DNA of 64,000 nucleotides, from assembly GCA_963664305.2 (NCBI GenBank), contig CAXXLV010000002.1:544001-608000 (forward strand). Reading direction: 5' to 3'. This DNA is from an uncultured Aliarcobacter sp. (lineage in GTDB: Bacteria > Campylobacterota > Campylobacteria > Campylobacterales > Arcobacteraceae). The position numbers were made by a program, and so were the translations under genes. Positions 19,038-30,343 of this stretch are shown here, piece by piece; the stretch's first letter is position 1, and each line of letters starts with the position of its first letter. The notes below the pieces were generated by a model that saw nothing but the letters and a program-made list of their open reading frames with translations, did no database searches and was not told where the DNA came from.

Positions 19038-21045
19038 ACCATTATTAATTGAGATTGGTGTTGAAGAATTACCAGCAATTCCATTTTTAAATGAATTACC
19101 AAATATTGAAAAAAAATGGAGTGATATATTAGAAAAAAATAGATTATTATGTGATTTTGACTTTTTTTATACACCAAGAAGATTAGTATTATGGCATAGA
19201 GAATTTCAAGTTAAACAAGAAGATTCAACTGTTGAACAATATGGAGCTCCTATTAAAATAGCTTATAAAGATGGTGTTCCAACAGGAGCTGCTATTAGTT
19301 TTGCTACTAAATGTGGAGTAGATGTTAGTGCTTTAGATAAAATTGATTTAGGTAAAGGAGAAGTTCTTTATTTTAAACAAGAAGTAGTTGGTAGTGAATC
19401 AAAAACTTTACTAAATGATATGGTAAATGAATTTGTTGCTTCTTTAAACTTTGGAAAATCTATGAGATGGGCAAGTAGAACAGACAGTTTTATTAGACCA
19501 ATTAGAAGTTTATCTATTCTTTTAGGTGAAGAAATAGTTGACGCTGAACTTTTTGGAGTTAAGTCTTCTAATTTCTCATTTGCACATAGAATGGTTTCTT
19601 ATGAACCATTTACTTACTCTTTTGCAGGAGATTATTTCTGTAAACTTGATAAAAATGGAGTTATTTTATATCCAGATGAAAGAAGAAAAATCATCTTAGA
19701 ACAGATGAAAAATATTGAACAAAGACACAATGTAAAAATTGAAATTGATACAGAATTACTTGAAGAAGTTGTTGCTATTACAGAATATCCAACAGCTTTA
19801 ATTGGTAAATTTGATATTGAATTTTTAGAATTACCAGAAGAAGTAATTGTAACATCTATGAAAGAGAATCAAAGATATTTTGCAGTTTATAAAGATGGAA
19901 AATTATCAAATAATTTCATTGTTGTATCAAATGCAAAAACTGATGATTTTGGTTATATCATTGCTGGAAATGAAAAAGTTTTAAGACCAAGATTAGCTGA
20001 TGCAATGTTCTTTTATAAAAATGATATTAGAAATGGTTTATCAAATGAAGGTCTTAAAAAACTTGTGTTTGTTGAAGGTCTTGGTTCTATGTATGACAAA
20101 TGTGAAAGAGAAGCAAAAATTGCATCACATTTAGTAGAACTTTTAGATGTAAAAGAAAAAGAGTTAGTTCAAAGAGCTGTTATGCTTTCAAAAGCTGACT
20201 TAATGTCTGAGATGGTTTATGAATTTACAGAACTTCAAGGACTAATGGGTTACTACTATGCAAAAATTGCAAAAGAAGATGACTTAGTTTCACTTGCACT
20301 AAAAGAACAATATTTACCAACTGGTGAAGATTCAGAACTTCCTTCAAATGTATTTTCATCAATTGTTGCTTTATCAAATAAATTAGATAATTTAATGGCT
20401 TTATTTAGTGTTGGAAAAATCCCAACAGGTTCTAAAGACCCATTCGGTTTAAGAAGGGCAGCAGCTGGAATTGTAAAAATTGCAATTGAGCATAAACTTC
20501 CTATTGATTTATCAAAAATCATTGATGAATTATCAACAAGTTATAAAAATTTAGATAAAAAAGTTTTAATAGAGTTCTTCAATGAAAGATTATTTAAAAT
20601 ATTTGAAGTTAATCCAACAGTTTTAAAAGCAGTTTTAGCTGGTGGTGAAACTGATATTTATAAAATTTCTCAAAAAATTTGTGCGTTAAATCCAATCGTT
20701 CAAAGTGATAATTTTAAAGAGTATGTTGCTACATTTAAAAGGGTTGCAAATATTATCAAAGATATTGATGTTAATAGTAAACTTGCAATTGATGAAGATT
20801 TATTTGAAAACAATGAAGAAAAAGAGTTATATACTAAATTCCATGAAGCTCAATTTAAAAAATATGCAACTTTTGATGAAGAATTAGAAGCTTTATTTGC
20901 TTTAAAACCACAACTTGATAATTTCTTTGACAATGTTTTTGTAAATCATGAAGATGTAAAAATCAAAACAAATAGAAAAAATCTAATTGGTCTTGTTTAT
21001 CAAGGATTTAGAAAAATCGCTGATATTAAAGAGATTACAATTTAA
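19030..21045 (+). CDS. glyS: Glycine--tRNA ligase beta subunit
   Basis: LLIEIGVEELP, TPRRL, FIRP, GNEKVLRPRLADA, EFTELQG, GSKDPFGLRR. Confidence 0.97.
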   Translation: MNKPLLIEIGVEELPAIPFLNELPNIEKKWSDILEKNRLLCDFDFFYTPRRLVLWHREFQVKQEDSTVEQYGAPIKIAYKDGVPTGAAISFATKCGVDVSALDKIDLGKGEVLYFKQEVVGSESKTLLNDMVNEFVASLNFGKSMRWASRTDSFIRPIRSLSILLGEEIVDAELFGVKSSNFSFAHRMVSYEPFTYSFAGDYFCKLDKNGVILYPDERRKIILEQMKNIEQRHNVKIEIDTELLEEVVAITEYPTALIGKFDIEFLELPEEVIVTSMKENQRYFAVYKDGKLSNNFIVVSNAKTDDFGYIIAGNEKVLRPRLADAMFFYKNDIRNGLSNEGLKKLVFVEGLGSMYDKCEREAKIASHLVELLDVKEKELVQRAVMLSKADLMSEMVYEFTELQGLMGYYYAKIAKEDDLVSLALKEQYLPTGEDSELPSNVFSSIVALSNKLDNLMALFSVGKIPTGSKDPFGLRRAAAGIVKIAIEHKLPIDLSKIIDELSTSYKNLDKKVLIEFFNERLFKIFEVNPTVLKAVLAGGETDIYKISQKICALNPIVQSDNFKEYVATFKRVANIIKDIDVNSKLAIDEDLFENNEEKELYTKFHEAQFKKYATFDEELEALFALKPQLDNFFDNVFVNHEDVKIKTNRKNLIGLVYQGFRKIADIKEITI

Positions 21046-21074
21046 TTATAAGTACCTATTTTAGGTACTTATAA
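21046..21074. terminator. Bidirectional intrinsic terminator
   Basis: Perfect 13-bp stem ttataagtaccta-ttt-taggtacttataa between convergent genes. Confidence 0.8.
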
Positions 21075-22064
21075 ATCCCAAATTTCAGAAATAAGTTTAT
21101 AAGACTTTATTCTATCTTCTGGATTATGAATCCATGAGTTTATCATTATTTCATTTGCGTTTGTTCTATCTATAAGTTTTACAAGTTTTTCTTTTACTAC
21201 TTCTTTTGTTCCCCAAATAGATTCTCTAGTTTTATGTCTTATATTTCGTTCTTCCCAAGGTTCCCATAAATCATCCATAATTTTAGGTTTTGGTAATAAT
21301 TTATTATCACCTCTTTGAATATATAAAAATTTCTGAAGCTCAGTAGTAGAAAGAAATTGAGCCTCTTCATTTGTATCTGCACAAATTACATTTATACAAA
21401 TTATTAAATAGGGTTCTTTTAAATGTATCGAAGGTTTAAAACTTGATTTATAAACTTTTATTGCTTCTTCCATTAAATCAGGTGCAAAATGTGATGCAAA
21501 TGCAAAAGGTAATCCTTTTTCCCCAGCTAATTTTGCACTAAATGTACTAGAACCTAATAACCAAATAGGAATATCTAGTCCATATCCTGGAACAGCTTTA
21601 ATACTATCTTTATTTGTTTTATCTGATAAATAGTATTCTAATTCTTCAAGCATATTTGGAAAATCTGAACCATCATTGTAAATATCTTTTCTTAATGCTA
21701 ACATTGTTTTTCTATCAGTTCCTGGAGCTCTTCCTAAACCTAAATCAATTCTATTAGGATATAAAGATTCAAGTGTTCCAAATTGTTCAGCAACAACTAA
21801 TGGTGCATGATTAGGTAACATAATTCCACCTGAACCAATTCTAATTTTTTCTGTTTTTCCACCAATATGACTAAGTATTACAGAAGTTGCAGCACTTGCA
21901 ATTCCATTAAAATTGTGATGTTCAGCAACCCAATAACGATTGAAACCAAATTTTTCAACAGCTTGCGCTAATTTTGTACTATTTTCAATAGCTTGGCTTA
22001 TAGTAAAACTCTCGCCAATTGGAATTAAATCCAATACAGATAATGGTATTTGTTTTTTTATCAT
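21069..22064 (-). CDS. Luciferase-like (LLM class) flavin-dependent oxidoreductase, YhbW-like
   Basis: LSVLDL, WVAEHH, RIGSGGIMLPNH, DLGLGRAPG, FASHF. Confidence 0.93.
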   Translation of the reverse strand: MIKKQIPLSVLDLIPIGESFTISQAIENSTKLAQAVEKFGFNRYWVAEHHNFNGIASAATSVILSHIGGKTEKIRIGSGGIMLPNHAPLVVAEQFGTLESLYPNRIDLGLGRAPGTDRKTMLALRKDIYNDGSDFPNMLEELEYYLSDKTNKDSIKAVPGYGLDIPIWLLGSSTFSAKLAGEKGLPFAFASHFAPDLMEEAIKVYKSSFKPSIHLKEPYLIICINVICADTNEEAQFLSTTELQKFLYIQRGDNKLLPKPKIMDDLWEPWEERNIRHKTRESIWGTKEVVKEKLVKLIDRTNANEIMINSWIHNPEDRIKSYKLISEIWDL

Positions 22065-22289
22065 AATTACCTCATTTCAAATGCTTATATTGAAGATTTT
22101 AACCTATACATTCTTAAAATAATATTACTTTACTTTAGGTAAGTAATATGTGTTAATCAATAAGAAAATATTCTTTTGATTAAAAATAATAATCAAATTT
22201 ATTTAAAAGATAAAATACAGTCAAATAATAATATGATACGATTATAGTACTATTTTAGAATATAATAATAAAAATTTAAATGGATTGTA

Positions 22290-23453
22290 ATGAAAAAAAA
22301 TCTAGGAATTATTTTACTTTTATTTGTCTTATCTTATTTTTTGATACTAATTTTAAAAAATGAAGTTCTTGAAGATAAGATTTTATTAGGACAAAGCGCT
22401 TCTTTAACTGGTTCTGCACAAAATTTAGGAATAGAGTATACAAAAGGGGCAAATGCATACTTTAATTATATAAATGATTTAGGTGGAGTATTTAATAGAA
22501 AGATTGAATTAATCACATTAGATGATGCTTATGAACCTGATTATGCAAAACAAAACACTTTAGAATTAATAAAAGAAAAAAAAGTTTTTGCAATGTTTGG
22601 AGAAATAGGAACTCCTACTTCAGAAGCTGCAATTTCTATAATTAAAAAATATAATATCCCTTTTTTAATGCCATTATCTGGTGGAAGTTTTTTACGAGAA
22701 AATGAAAGTGGTTTAATTATTAATTTGAGAAAAAGTTATAATGATGAAATTAAGGCTTTGATTGATTATTTAGTAACTGAACAAAATATAAAAAGAGTTG
22801 CTGTTTTATATCAAAATGATAATTACGGTAAGTTAGGTTTTGATAGAGTTCAAAATGCATTAAAAAAATATCAATTAGAAGTTATAGAAGAGGGAAGATA
22901 TAGAAGAAATACTTTATCTTTTCATACTGCTCTTGAAAATATAAAAAATGCAAATCCCGAAGCAGTAGTAATAATTGGAACTTATAAACCAGCTGCTTCT
23001 TTTATAAAAGAAGCTAAAAAGTTAGGTTTAAATGATACAAAGTTTTGTAATATCTCTTTTATTGGTGGAGATAGTTTTGTAAAAGAGCTTAAGGGAAATA
23101 CTAAAAATGTAATTATTTCTCAAGTTGTACCTATTCCTTGGGATGAAAATAATATTGCAACAAAAGAATATCGTGAAATTTATCATAAATATTATCCAAA
23201 TGATGATTTTACTTTTGTATCTTTTGAAGGATTTTTATCTGCAAAACTTGTAGTTAAAGCTTTGGAAAAGAGTGGTGGAAATTTAAATAGAAAGAATTTT
23301 TTAGCATCTTTCAAAAAATTAGATAAAAATGTATTAGATGGTTTTGAAATAAATTTTTCAAAAAATGATAATGAAGCGTTAGATGAAATTTATATTTTAG
23401 ATTATGAAGATTCCCAATATAGAGTATTAAAAAAGGTTAAAATAAATGATTGA
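22290..23453 (+). CDS. Periplasmic ligand-binding protein (type 1, branched-chain amino acid binding fold)
   Basis: [41 protein letters not shown]; no permease or ATPase genes adjacent. Confidence 0.88.
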   Translation: MKKNLGIILLLFVLSYFLILILKNEVLEDKILLGQSASLTGSAQNLGIEYTKGANAYFNYINDLGGVFNRKIELITLDDAYEPDYAKQNTLELIKEKKVFAMFGEIGTPTSEAAISIIKKYNIPFLMPLSGGSFLRENESGLIINLRKSYNDEIKALIDYLVTEQNIKRVAVLYQNDNYGKLGFDRVQNALKKYQLEVIEEGRYRRNTLSFHTALENIKNANPEAVVIIGTYKPAASFIKEAKKLGLNDTKFCNISFIGGDSFVKELKGNTKNVIISQVVPIPWDENNIATKEYREIYHKYYPNDDFTFVSFEGFLSAKLVVKALEKSGGNLNRKNFLASFKKLDKNVLDGFEINFSKNDNEALDEIYILDYEDSQYRVLKKVKIND

Positions 23454-26400
23454 TGATTTTATAAAATATGTAAATAATTCACAGCTTTCAAAACAGATAA
23501 GAATAATTTTTATTTTAGTTTTCTTATTTGTATTAAGTATAATTGCTATTGGTACTGTTTATACATTGTCAATACAAGAAAGATTTAATAAAGCAGTAGA
23601 ATTTCATGTTATGCCTCTTCAATCATTAAATGAAATACAACAAATTTGTGATGTAAATATCTTAGATACTATTAATGAAATGATTAAAGGTAACTTAGAA
23701 GTTAAAGATGCAAAAGAGATATTATCTTTATCAAAAAAACTTCTATTAGATAATTGGGATATTTATAAACAACATCAAAGAGAAGAAGATAATTATTATA
23801 ATTCAAATAGAAAAATAAATAGTTTTTCTCAAACAGAAAATAATTTGATTAAAATTACAGAACATTTAAATAAACTATTGGTTGCTTTAGAGTCAAATGA
23901 TAAAGAAAAAATCTACGAAATAATTTCTACAAAAATTAGACCAGAATTGACTATTACTTCTTATAATTTAAAAGATTTATTTGATGAAGATATTCATTTT
24001 ATAAATGAAATATTATCTTCTGAAAAAAAGATATTTAAAGATATGGTATGGATTATAGTTCCAATATTGACTATTTTGGTTATTTTATTTATTTTAATGA
24101 TTCGAATTATATTACTAAGAATAAAGCATAATAATCATGAATTAGAAGATTCAAGAAAAGAAACGGTTGAAACAAATTTTTTATTAAAAACAATTATTAA
24201 TTCAGTTCCTTTTAGAATTTTTTGGAAAAATTTAGATGGAGTATATCTTGGTGCTAATAATGCTTTTATAAAAGATGCTTCTTTAAAAAATGAATCAGAA
24301 ATTGTTGGTAAAAATGATTATGATATGGTTTGGGCAAATGAAGCACCTTTTTATCGAGCTGATGATTTGGAAGTAATAAACTCAAAAAAAGAAAAGATAA
24401 ATATTATTGAAGAGCAAACTCAAGCAGATGGAACTAAACTAATACTTGAAACATCAAAAGTTTTATTGCAAGATCAAAAAAATAATGTATTAGGTGTAAT
24501 TGGTATTTATCAAGATATAACAGAAAAAGTAAAACTTTCTAAAGAATTAGAACAACTAAATGATAACTTGGAGAAAAAAGTTGAAGAAAAAACTTGTGAG
24601 TTAAGAATAGAAAAAGAAAAAGCAGAAGAAGCAACAAAAACGAAAAGTTCATTTTTAGCAAATATGTCGCATGAAATAAGAACACCAATGAATGGAATTA
24701 TTGGTATGGCTCATCTTGCATTAAAAACAAATCTAAATGAGAAACAAAGAAATTATATTAATAAAATAAATATCTCAGCAAACAATCTTTTGGGAATTAT
24801 AAATGATATTTTAGATATCAGTAAGATTGAAGCGGGAAAATTAGAACTTGATAAAAACAATTTTGATTTATTTAAAATGATAGAAGTAGTTATAAACCTT
24901 ATTGAATTAAAAGCAGAAGATAAAAATCTAGACATTATAGTAGATTATGAACCAAATGTAGGAAAAATTTTCTTTGGAGATAGTTTAAGAATAAACCAAA
25001 TTCTTACAAATTTAATGTCAAATGCTGTTAAATTTACTAATAAAGGTGAAATAGGATTATCTGTAAAAAAAGTATCTAATAATAGAATTAGATTTGAAGT
25101 ACGAGATACAGGTATTGGATTAACAAAAGAACAAATAGATAAACTTTTTGTTTCATTTACTCAAGCAGATACAAGTACTACTAAAAAATATGGTGGAACA
25201 GGATTAGGTCTTTCTATTTGTAAGCAATTAGTTGAAATGATGAATGGAAAAATTTGGATTGAAAGTGAAGTTGGAGTTGGAAGTAAATTCTTCTTTGAGA
25301 TAGATTTAGAAGAAAAAGATAAACAACAAGTATTTACAATATTTAGTGATAAAAAAGCTCTAATCGTGGATGATTGTCAAAGTTGGCTTGAAATTTTAAG
25401 TCATTTAATGCATTCATTTGGATTAGAAGTTGATGTTGTTGATAGTGGTGAAAAAGCAATTGAATTATTGAAAAAAAATGGAAATTTGTATGATTTAATC
25501 ATAGTAGATTGGAATATGCCAGAATTAGATGGAATAGAAACTTGTAAGATTATTGATAATGAATTACATATAAATTCTGAGAAAATTATTTTAATAAGTG
25601 CATATACAGAAGATAGTTTATCTGAGGGCATAAAAGAGGCAAAAATAAGTCACTATTTACACAAACCAATAAATCCATCATCTTTAAATGATATGTTAAA
25701 TGAAATATTCCTAGGTAAAATAAATACTCAAAAAATTGAATTGAAAAATGAACAAAATAATTTACATAATAAAATAAGAACTTTAAAAGGAAGTAATATT
25801 TTATTAGTTGAAGATAATGAAATTAATCAAGAGATAATTAAAGATTTATTATTAGAAAGTGGAATTAAAATTGATATTGCTAATAATGGCTTAGAAGCTA
25901 TAAAAATGTTTAAATCAGCTTCAAATAAATATGAATTAATTTTAATGGATATTCAAATGCCAGTTTTAGATGGATATGAAGCTACAAAAGAGATAAGAAC
26001 AATAAATAGTAATATTCCTATAATTGCATTAACTGCAAATGCAATGAAAGAAGATATTGAAAAAACAAAATTAGTTGGTATGAATAAACATTTAAATAAG
26101 CCAATTGAAGTTGAAAAACTATTTGAAACACTTTTAGAATTTATATCTAAAAAAGTTGAAATAATTGATAGAAAAAATCTATCTAATCAAGAAGATGAAT
26201 TATCAGAATTTGAGAATATTGATAAAAACTATGCTTTAAAATTGGTTTTAGGTAATGAAAATGCATTTAAAACTATTTTAAATGGTGTAGTTAAATATAA
26301 AAATATAAAATTTGAAGAGTTAAATGAAGAAGATTTTAAAAGAGCAATGCACTCTTTAAAAGGAATAAGTGCAAGTGCTGGTGCATTAAGCTTAAGTGAA

Positions 26401-26724
26401 TTAGCTAAAGAGATTGAGTTGACATTAAACAAAGATTTATTACCTTCTTTTTATAAGAAATTAAATGATGTTATAAAAGAAATTGAAGAGAAATTTGTAG
26501 ATACAAATAAACAAAATAAAATAGATTTGGATGAGACCAAAAAATCAATAATTCTTGATAATTTAAAAGAGGCTCTACAAACTAATAGAATTAAAAATAT
26601 AAAACCAATTATTGAAGAAATTGAACAATATACTTTATCGCAAAGAGATAAAGATTTCTTTGAACAAATCAAAGAGTTAGTAAATAAATTTAAATTTAAA
26701 GAAGCTATGGAGTTAATAGATTGA
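23446..26724 (+). CDS. Hybrid sensor histidine kinase (periplasmic sensor, PAS, HisKA, HATPase, two receivers, Hpt)
   Basis: Two TM segments; [27 protein letters not shown] and MDIQMP receivers; AMHSLKG Hpt motif. Confidence 0.93.
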   Translation: MIDDFIKYVNNSQLSKQIRIIFILVFLFVLSIIAIGTVYTLSIQERFNKAVEFHVMPLQSLNEIQQICDVNILDTINEMIKGNLEVKDAKEILSLSKKLLLDNWDIYKQHQREEDNYYNSNRKINSFSQTENNLIKITEHLNKLLVALESNDKEKIYEIISTKIRPELTITSYNLKDLFDEDIHFINEILSSEKKIFKDMVWIIVPILTILVILFILMIRIILLRIKHNNHELEDSRKETVETNFLLKTIINSVPFRIFWKNLDGVYLGANNAFIKDASLKNESEIVGKNDYDMVWANEAPFYRADDLEVINSKKEKINIIEEQTQADGTKLILETSKVLLQDQKNNVLGVIGIYQDITEKVKLSKELEQLNDNLEKKVEEKTCELRIEKEKAEEATKTKSSFLANMSHEIRTPMNGIIGMAHLALKTNLNEKQRNYINKINISANNLLGIINDILDISKIEAGKLELDKNNFDLFKMIEVVINLIELKAEDKNLDIIVDYEPNVGKIFFGDSLRINQILTNLMSNAVKFTNKGEIGLSVKKVSNNRIRFEVRDTGIGLTKEQIDKLFVSFTQADTSTTKKYGGTGLGLSICKQLVEMMNGKIWIESEVGVGSKFFFEIDLEEKDKQQVFTIFSDKKALIVDDCQSWLEILSHLMHSFGLEVDVVDSGEKAIELLKKNGNLYDLIIVDWNMPELDGIETCKIIDNELHINSEKIILISAYTEDSLSEGIKEAKISHYLHKPINPSSLNDMLNEIFLGKINTQKIELKNEQNNLHNKIRTLKGSNILLVEDNEINQEIIKDLLLESGIKIDIANNGLEAIKMFKSASNKYELILMDIQMPVLDGYEATKEIRTINSNIPIIALTANAMKEDIEKTKLVGMNKHLNKPIEVEKLFETLLEFISKKVEIIDRKNLSNQEDELSEFENIDKNYALKLVLGNENAFKTILNGVVKYKNIKFEELNEEDFKRAMHSLKGISASAGALSLSELAKEIELTLNKDLLPSFYKKLNDVIKEIEEKFVDTNKQNKIDLDETKKSIILDNLKEALQTNRIKNIKPIIEEIEQYTLSQRDKDFFEQIKELVNKFKFKEAMELID

Positions 26725-28103
26725 GAGAAGAAAAAACTATATTAATAATAGATGATATTGATACAAATATTCATACATTAATAGAACTTTTTGATGGTAA
26801 ATATGATGTTTTAGCATCGATTGATGGACAAGATGGATTAGATATTTTAAATGAAGAAGAGGTTGATTTAGTACTTTTAGATATAAATATGCCTTTAATA
26901 GATGGTTTTGAAGTTTGTAAAAGAATAAAAAAAAATGAAAATACAAAAAATATACCAGTTATTTTTATTACTGCAAATACAAATGAAGAGTCAATAGAAA
27001 AAGCTTATGAAGTTGGTGGAGTTGATTATATAACGAAACCATTTAAAGCTAGAGAAGTATTATCAAGAATTAATAATCACTTATTATTATCAGAAAAGAA
27101 TAGGGCATTATCACAATATTTAGAAGAAAATATAACTCTTTTAAATCAATATAAACAAGTTGTTGATGAGAGTTTATTAGTTTCAAAAACAGATTTAAAA
27201 GGTAGAATAATTTATGCTAATGATGAATTTGTAAATATCTCAGGATTTACAAGAGATGAATTAATTGGAAAACCGCACAATATAGTTCGAGATAAAGAAT
27301 CACCTAAAGATATTTATAAACAGATGTGGGAAACAATAAAAGATAAAAAAGTTTGGCATGGAGAAGTAAGAAATAGAAAAAAAGATGGTTCTTACTATAT
27401 AGTTCAAGCAACTGTTATGCCTATTTTAAACTCTAAAGGAGAAATTGTAGAATACATAAGTGCTAGAAAAGATATAACTGAATTGTATGATTTAAAAAAA
27501 GAAATTATAGATACTCAAAAAGAAGTTATTTTTACAATGGGTTCTATTTGTGAAACAAGAAGTAGAGAAACAGGAAATCATGTAAAAAGAGTTGCAGAAT
27601 ATTCTAAACTTTTAGCATTATATTCTGGATTAAGTGAAGAAAATATTGACCTAATTACTGATGCCTCTCCAATGCATGATATTGGAAAAGTTGCTATTCC
27701 TGATAACATTTTACATAAACCTGCAAAATTAACAGATGATGAGTTTAAAATAATGAGAACACATGCTGAAATAGGTTATAGGATGCTTTGTCATTCAGAT
27801 AGACCATTATTAAAAACAGCAGCCTTAATTGCTTTTGAACATCATGAAAGATGGGATGGAACAGGATATCCTAGATATTTAAAAGAAGAAGAAATCTCAA
27901 TAGAAGGAAGAATTACTGCAATTGCTGATGTATTTGATGCTTTGGGCAGTGATAGAGTTTATAAACAAGCTTGGAAAGATGAAGATATATTTAATTATTT
28001 AAGAAATGAAAGTGGAAAACAATTTGATCCATCTTTAATAAAGATATTTTTTGAACATATAAATGAATTTTTGGAAATAAGAAGAAAATTTTCTGATATT
28101 TAA
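26721..28103 (+). CDS. REC-PAS-HD-GYP response regulator (putative cyclic di-GMP phosphodiesterase)
   Basis: LDINMP receiver, [35 protein letters not shown]. Confidence 0.92.
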   Translation: MREEKTILIIDDIDTNIHTLIELFDGKYDVLASIDGQDGLDILNEEEVDLVLLDINMPLIDGFEVCKRIKKNENTKNIPVIFITANTNEESIEKAYEVGGVDYITKPFKAREVLSRINNHLLLSEKNRALSQYLEENITLLNQYKQVVDESLLVSKTDLKGRIIYANDEFVNISGFTRDELIGKPHNIVRDKESPKDIYKQMWETIKDKKVWHGEVRNRKKDGSYYIVQATVMPILNSKGEIVEYISARKDITELYDLKKEIIDTQKEVIFTMGSICETRSRETGNHVKRVAEYSKLLALYSGLSEENIDLITDASPMHDIGKVAIPDNILHKPAKLTDDEFKIMRTHAEIGYRMLCHSDRPLLKTAALIAFEHHERWDGTGYPRYLKEEEISIEGRITAIADVFDALGSDRVYKQAWKDEDIFNYLRNESGKQFDPSLIKIFFEHINEFLEIRRKFSDI

Positions 28104-28107
28104 ATGC

Positions 28108-28136
28108 TATTTTCGGAAATATAAATTCCGAAAATA
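28108..28136. terminator. Intrinsic terminator hairpin
   Basis: tattttcggaa...ttccgaaaata inverted repeat just after the HD-GYP stop. Confidence 0.75.
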
Positions 28137-28224
28137 ACTATATAAATTAATATTCGCGCACATCAATTTATTGATTTAAACTTATAATGATTTCTATTTT
28201 TGGAGAAAAAAAGTTTGAATTTAG

Positions 28225-28301
28225 TGGAGCTGGTGAAGGGAGTCGAACCCCCGACCTGCTGATTACAAATCAGCTGCTCTAGCCAACTGAGCTACACCAG
28301 C
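28225..28301 (-). tRNA. tRNA-Thr(TGT)
   Basis: Reverse complement GCTGGTGTAGCTCAG...CTGATTTGTAATCAG...GTTCGACTC...CCAGCTCCA. Confidence 0.96.
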
Positions 28302-28324
28302 ACAAAGTGCTATTCACTTTAAAA

Positions 28325-28401
28325 TGGTGTCAAGAGAGAGACTTGAACTCTCGACCTCCGGCTTATGAGACCAGCGCTCTAGCCAGCTGAGCTACCTTGA
28401 C
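28325..28401 (-). tRNA. tRNA with CAT anticodon (elongator Met; Ile2 not excluded)
   Basis: GTCAAGGTAGCTCAG...GGTCTCATAAGCC...GTTCAAGTC...TTGACACCA. Confidence 0.9.
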
Positions 28402-28433
28402 ATAAGACATCATTTTAAAGCAAACGATTTTTT

Positions 28434-28510
<77 letters not shown>

Positions 28511-28527
28511 GATTTTGTATCAATTTG

Positions 28528-28602
28528 TGGATGGGGTAGAAGGATTCGAACCTTCGAATGACGGTACCAAAAACCGTTGCCTTACCACTTGGCGATACCC
28601 CA
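28528..28602 (-). tRNA. tRNA-Gln(TTG)
   Basis: TGGGGTATCGCCAAGTGGTAAGGC...GGTTTTTGGTACC...GTTCGAATCC...CCCCATCCA. Confidence 0.96.
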
Positions 28603-28619
28603 AGCTTTTAAGTGATGGA

Positions 28620-28648
28620 ATTATAGTTAAATAACTATTTGTTGTCAA
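28620..28648 (-). promoter_or_regulatory. Consensus sigma70 promoter of the tRNA operon
   Basis: Minus strand TTGACA-17 nt-TATAAT ending 17 nt before tRNA-Gln. Confidence 0.85.
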
Positions 28649-28676
28649 GCCCTTTTAGATTAAATTTTGGATTTTT

Positions 28677-28685
28677 TGATATAAT
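28677..28685 (+). promoter_or_regulatory. Extended -10 element for ribB
   Basis: TGATATAAT about 36 nt upstream of the ATG. Confidence 0.55.
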
Positions 28686-28721
28686 ATTTAAATATAAAAT
28701 AATTAATTATAAAGAAGAAAT

Positions 28722-29753
28722 ATGAATGCAATACAAAGAGTACAAGAAGCTATAAAAGAGATTCAAAAAGGTAATATGGTAATTATGTTGGATGATGAAG
28801 ATAGGGAAAATGAGGGTGATTTAGTTTATGCTGCACCTTTAAGTACTCCTGAAAAAGTTAATTTTATGGCTACCCATGCAAAAGGTTTAATTTGTGTATC
28901 TGTTACAAAAGAAACAGCAAATAGATTACAGTTAAATCCAATGGTTAGTTCAAATACTTCATCTTATGAGACTGCATTTACAGTTTCTGTTGATGCAGCT
29001 GATGCAAGTACAGGAATTAGTGCAAAAGAGAGAGATGATACAATAAAAATTTTATCAAATCCTATCTCAAATCCTTTAGAATTAGTAAGACCTGGGCACA
29101 TTTTTCCATTAATTGCAAAAGATGGTGGAGTACTTGTTAGAACAGGACATACAGAAGGAAGTGTAGATTTATGCAAGTTAGCTGGACTAAATGGTGAAGC
29201 AGTTATTTGTGAAATCATGAAAGAAGATGGAACAATGGCTAGACGAGATGATTTAGATATATTTGCACAAAAATATGATTTAAAGCAAGTATATATATCA
29301 GATTTAGTTGAATATAGATTATCTCATGAAAAATTAGTAGAAGAAATTTCAAGTGTAAATAAGAAATTCTTTTCAACTGATACTTTACAAAAAGAGTTTA
29401 AAGATCATTTAGGAAATATTCATACAGCTATCATTTTTGGTGATATAAAACAAGTAAGTCATATAAAATTTCATACAATTGTTCCTGATATTGATTTATT
29501 TTTAAATGATGAAAAATTACATTCAATGTTAAAAACAATTAATTTCTTACAATCAAAAGGTGGAGTTCTTATTTTCTTAAGTGATGAAATGAGAAAAAAA
29601 GAGACTCAAAAAGATTATGGAATAGGGGCTCAAATCTTAAATTCTTTAAATATTAAACAAATAAAACTTATGACAAGTGGAGGTAAACACTCTTTTGTTG
29701 GATTACAAGGTTTTGGTTTGGAAATTGTTGAGGAGATACAAATAGAGTGTTAA
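28722..29753 (+). CDS. ribB: 3,4-dihydroxy-2-butanone 4-phosphate synthase fused to a degenerate GTP cyclohydrolase II-like domain
   Basis: DDEDRENEGD, RPGHIFPL, RTGHTE; C-terminal DYGIGAQIL but no zinc-binding Cys. Confidence 0.93.
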   Translation: MNAIQRVQEAIKEIQKGNMVIMLDDEDRENEGDLVYAAPLSTPEKVNFMATHAKGLICVSVTKETANRLQLNPMVSSNTSSYETAFTVSVDAADASTGISAKERDDTIKILSNPISNPLELVRPGHIFPLIAKDGGVLVRTGHTEGSVDLCKLAGLNGEAVICEIMKEDGTMARRDDLDIFAQKYDLKQVYISDLVEYRLSHEKLVEEISSVNKKFFSTDTLQKEFKDHLGNIHTAIIFGDIKQVSHIKFHTIVPDIDLFLNDEKLHSMLKTINFLQSKGGVLIFLSDEMRKKETQKDYGIGAQILNSLNIKQIKLMTSGGKHSFVGLQGFGLEIVEEIQIEC

Positions 29754-29765
29754 AACACTCTATTT
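29740..29765. terminator. Bidirectional terminator hairpin
   Basis: aaatagagtgtt-aa-aacactctattt between convergent genes. Confidence 0.75.
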
Positions 29766-29766
29766 A

Positions 29767-30261
29767 TTAATAAATTCCTGCAGCTGATTTGATTAGTTCT
29801 AAAGTTCTTTGTGGGATAATTAATGATTCAGCTAATTTTTCTTTATTGTCTTTGTAGTATTTTGATTCTAAAATAGCATTTATTTTGTCTTCAAATTTTT
29901 GAATAACTGTTTCTTGTGTATCTTTATCTTCAATATTTAAAAATTGTTTAGGTTCTTGATTTTTAACACGAGTTAATCTGTAATTAAATAGATATAAATT
30001 ATCGAAGTCTTCATTAAAAGTTTTACAAATTTCTTTATAAACATCATCTAACTCTGCTTCGTATTTTTTATAAATTATTCCAGCACTGTCATTTAGAGCT
30101 TTTGTAAAATTATCATAATCTACAAATAATTCTTTTAAGACACTATCATCTAAACTATCATTATTTACATCAAATTTCTTTGATAATATATGATTACAAC
30201 AATAATAAACAACTTCTTCTTGATTTTGTTTGATATTTTCTAAAAAAACAGATAATTTCAT
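29767..30261 (-). CDS. Hypothetical protein
   Basis: 164-aa ORF with GGGAG RBS; no motif recognised. Confidence 0.7.
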   Translation of the reverse strand: MKLSVFLENIKQNQEEVVYYCCNHILSKKFDVNNDSLDDSVLKELFVDYDNFTKALNDSAGIIYKKYEAELDDVYKEICKTFNEDFDNLYLFNYRLTRVKNQEPKQFLNIEDKDTQETVIQKFEDKINAILESKYYKDNKEKLAESLIIPQRTLELIKSAAGIY

Positions 30262-30288
30262 AATCTTCTCCCATTTTTATATTAAAAG

Positions 30289-30312
30289 GAAAGAGTGAAT
30301 TAACACTCTTTC
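30289..30312 (-). terminator. Probable pckA terminator
   Basis: gaaagagtg...cactctttc hairpin followed closely by a T run on the minus strand. Confidence 0.65.
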
Positions 30313-30343
30313 AACAATTCTTTTTTTATGAGAGAATTATAAC

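Noticed and set aside
18833..19177. 114-aa minus-strand ORF
   Set aside because: It is antisense to glyS and to the better supported 18879-19037 ORF, and has no motif
28161..28176. ATCAA-TTTA-TTGAT palindrome as an FNR box
   Set aside because: The half-sites are in the reverse order of TTGAT-N4-ATCAA, and it lies between convergent transcription units
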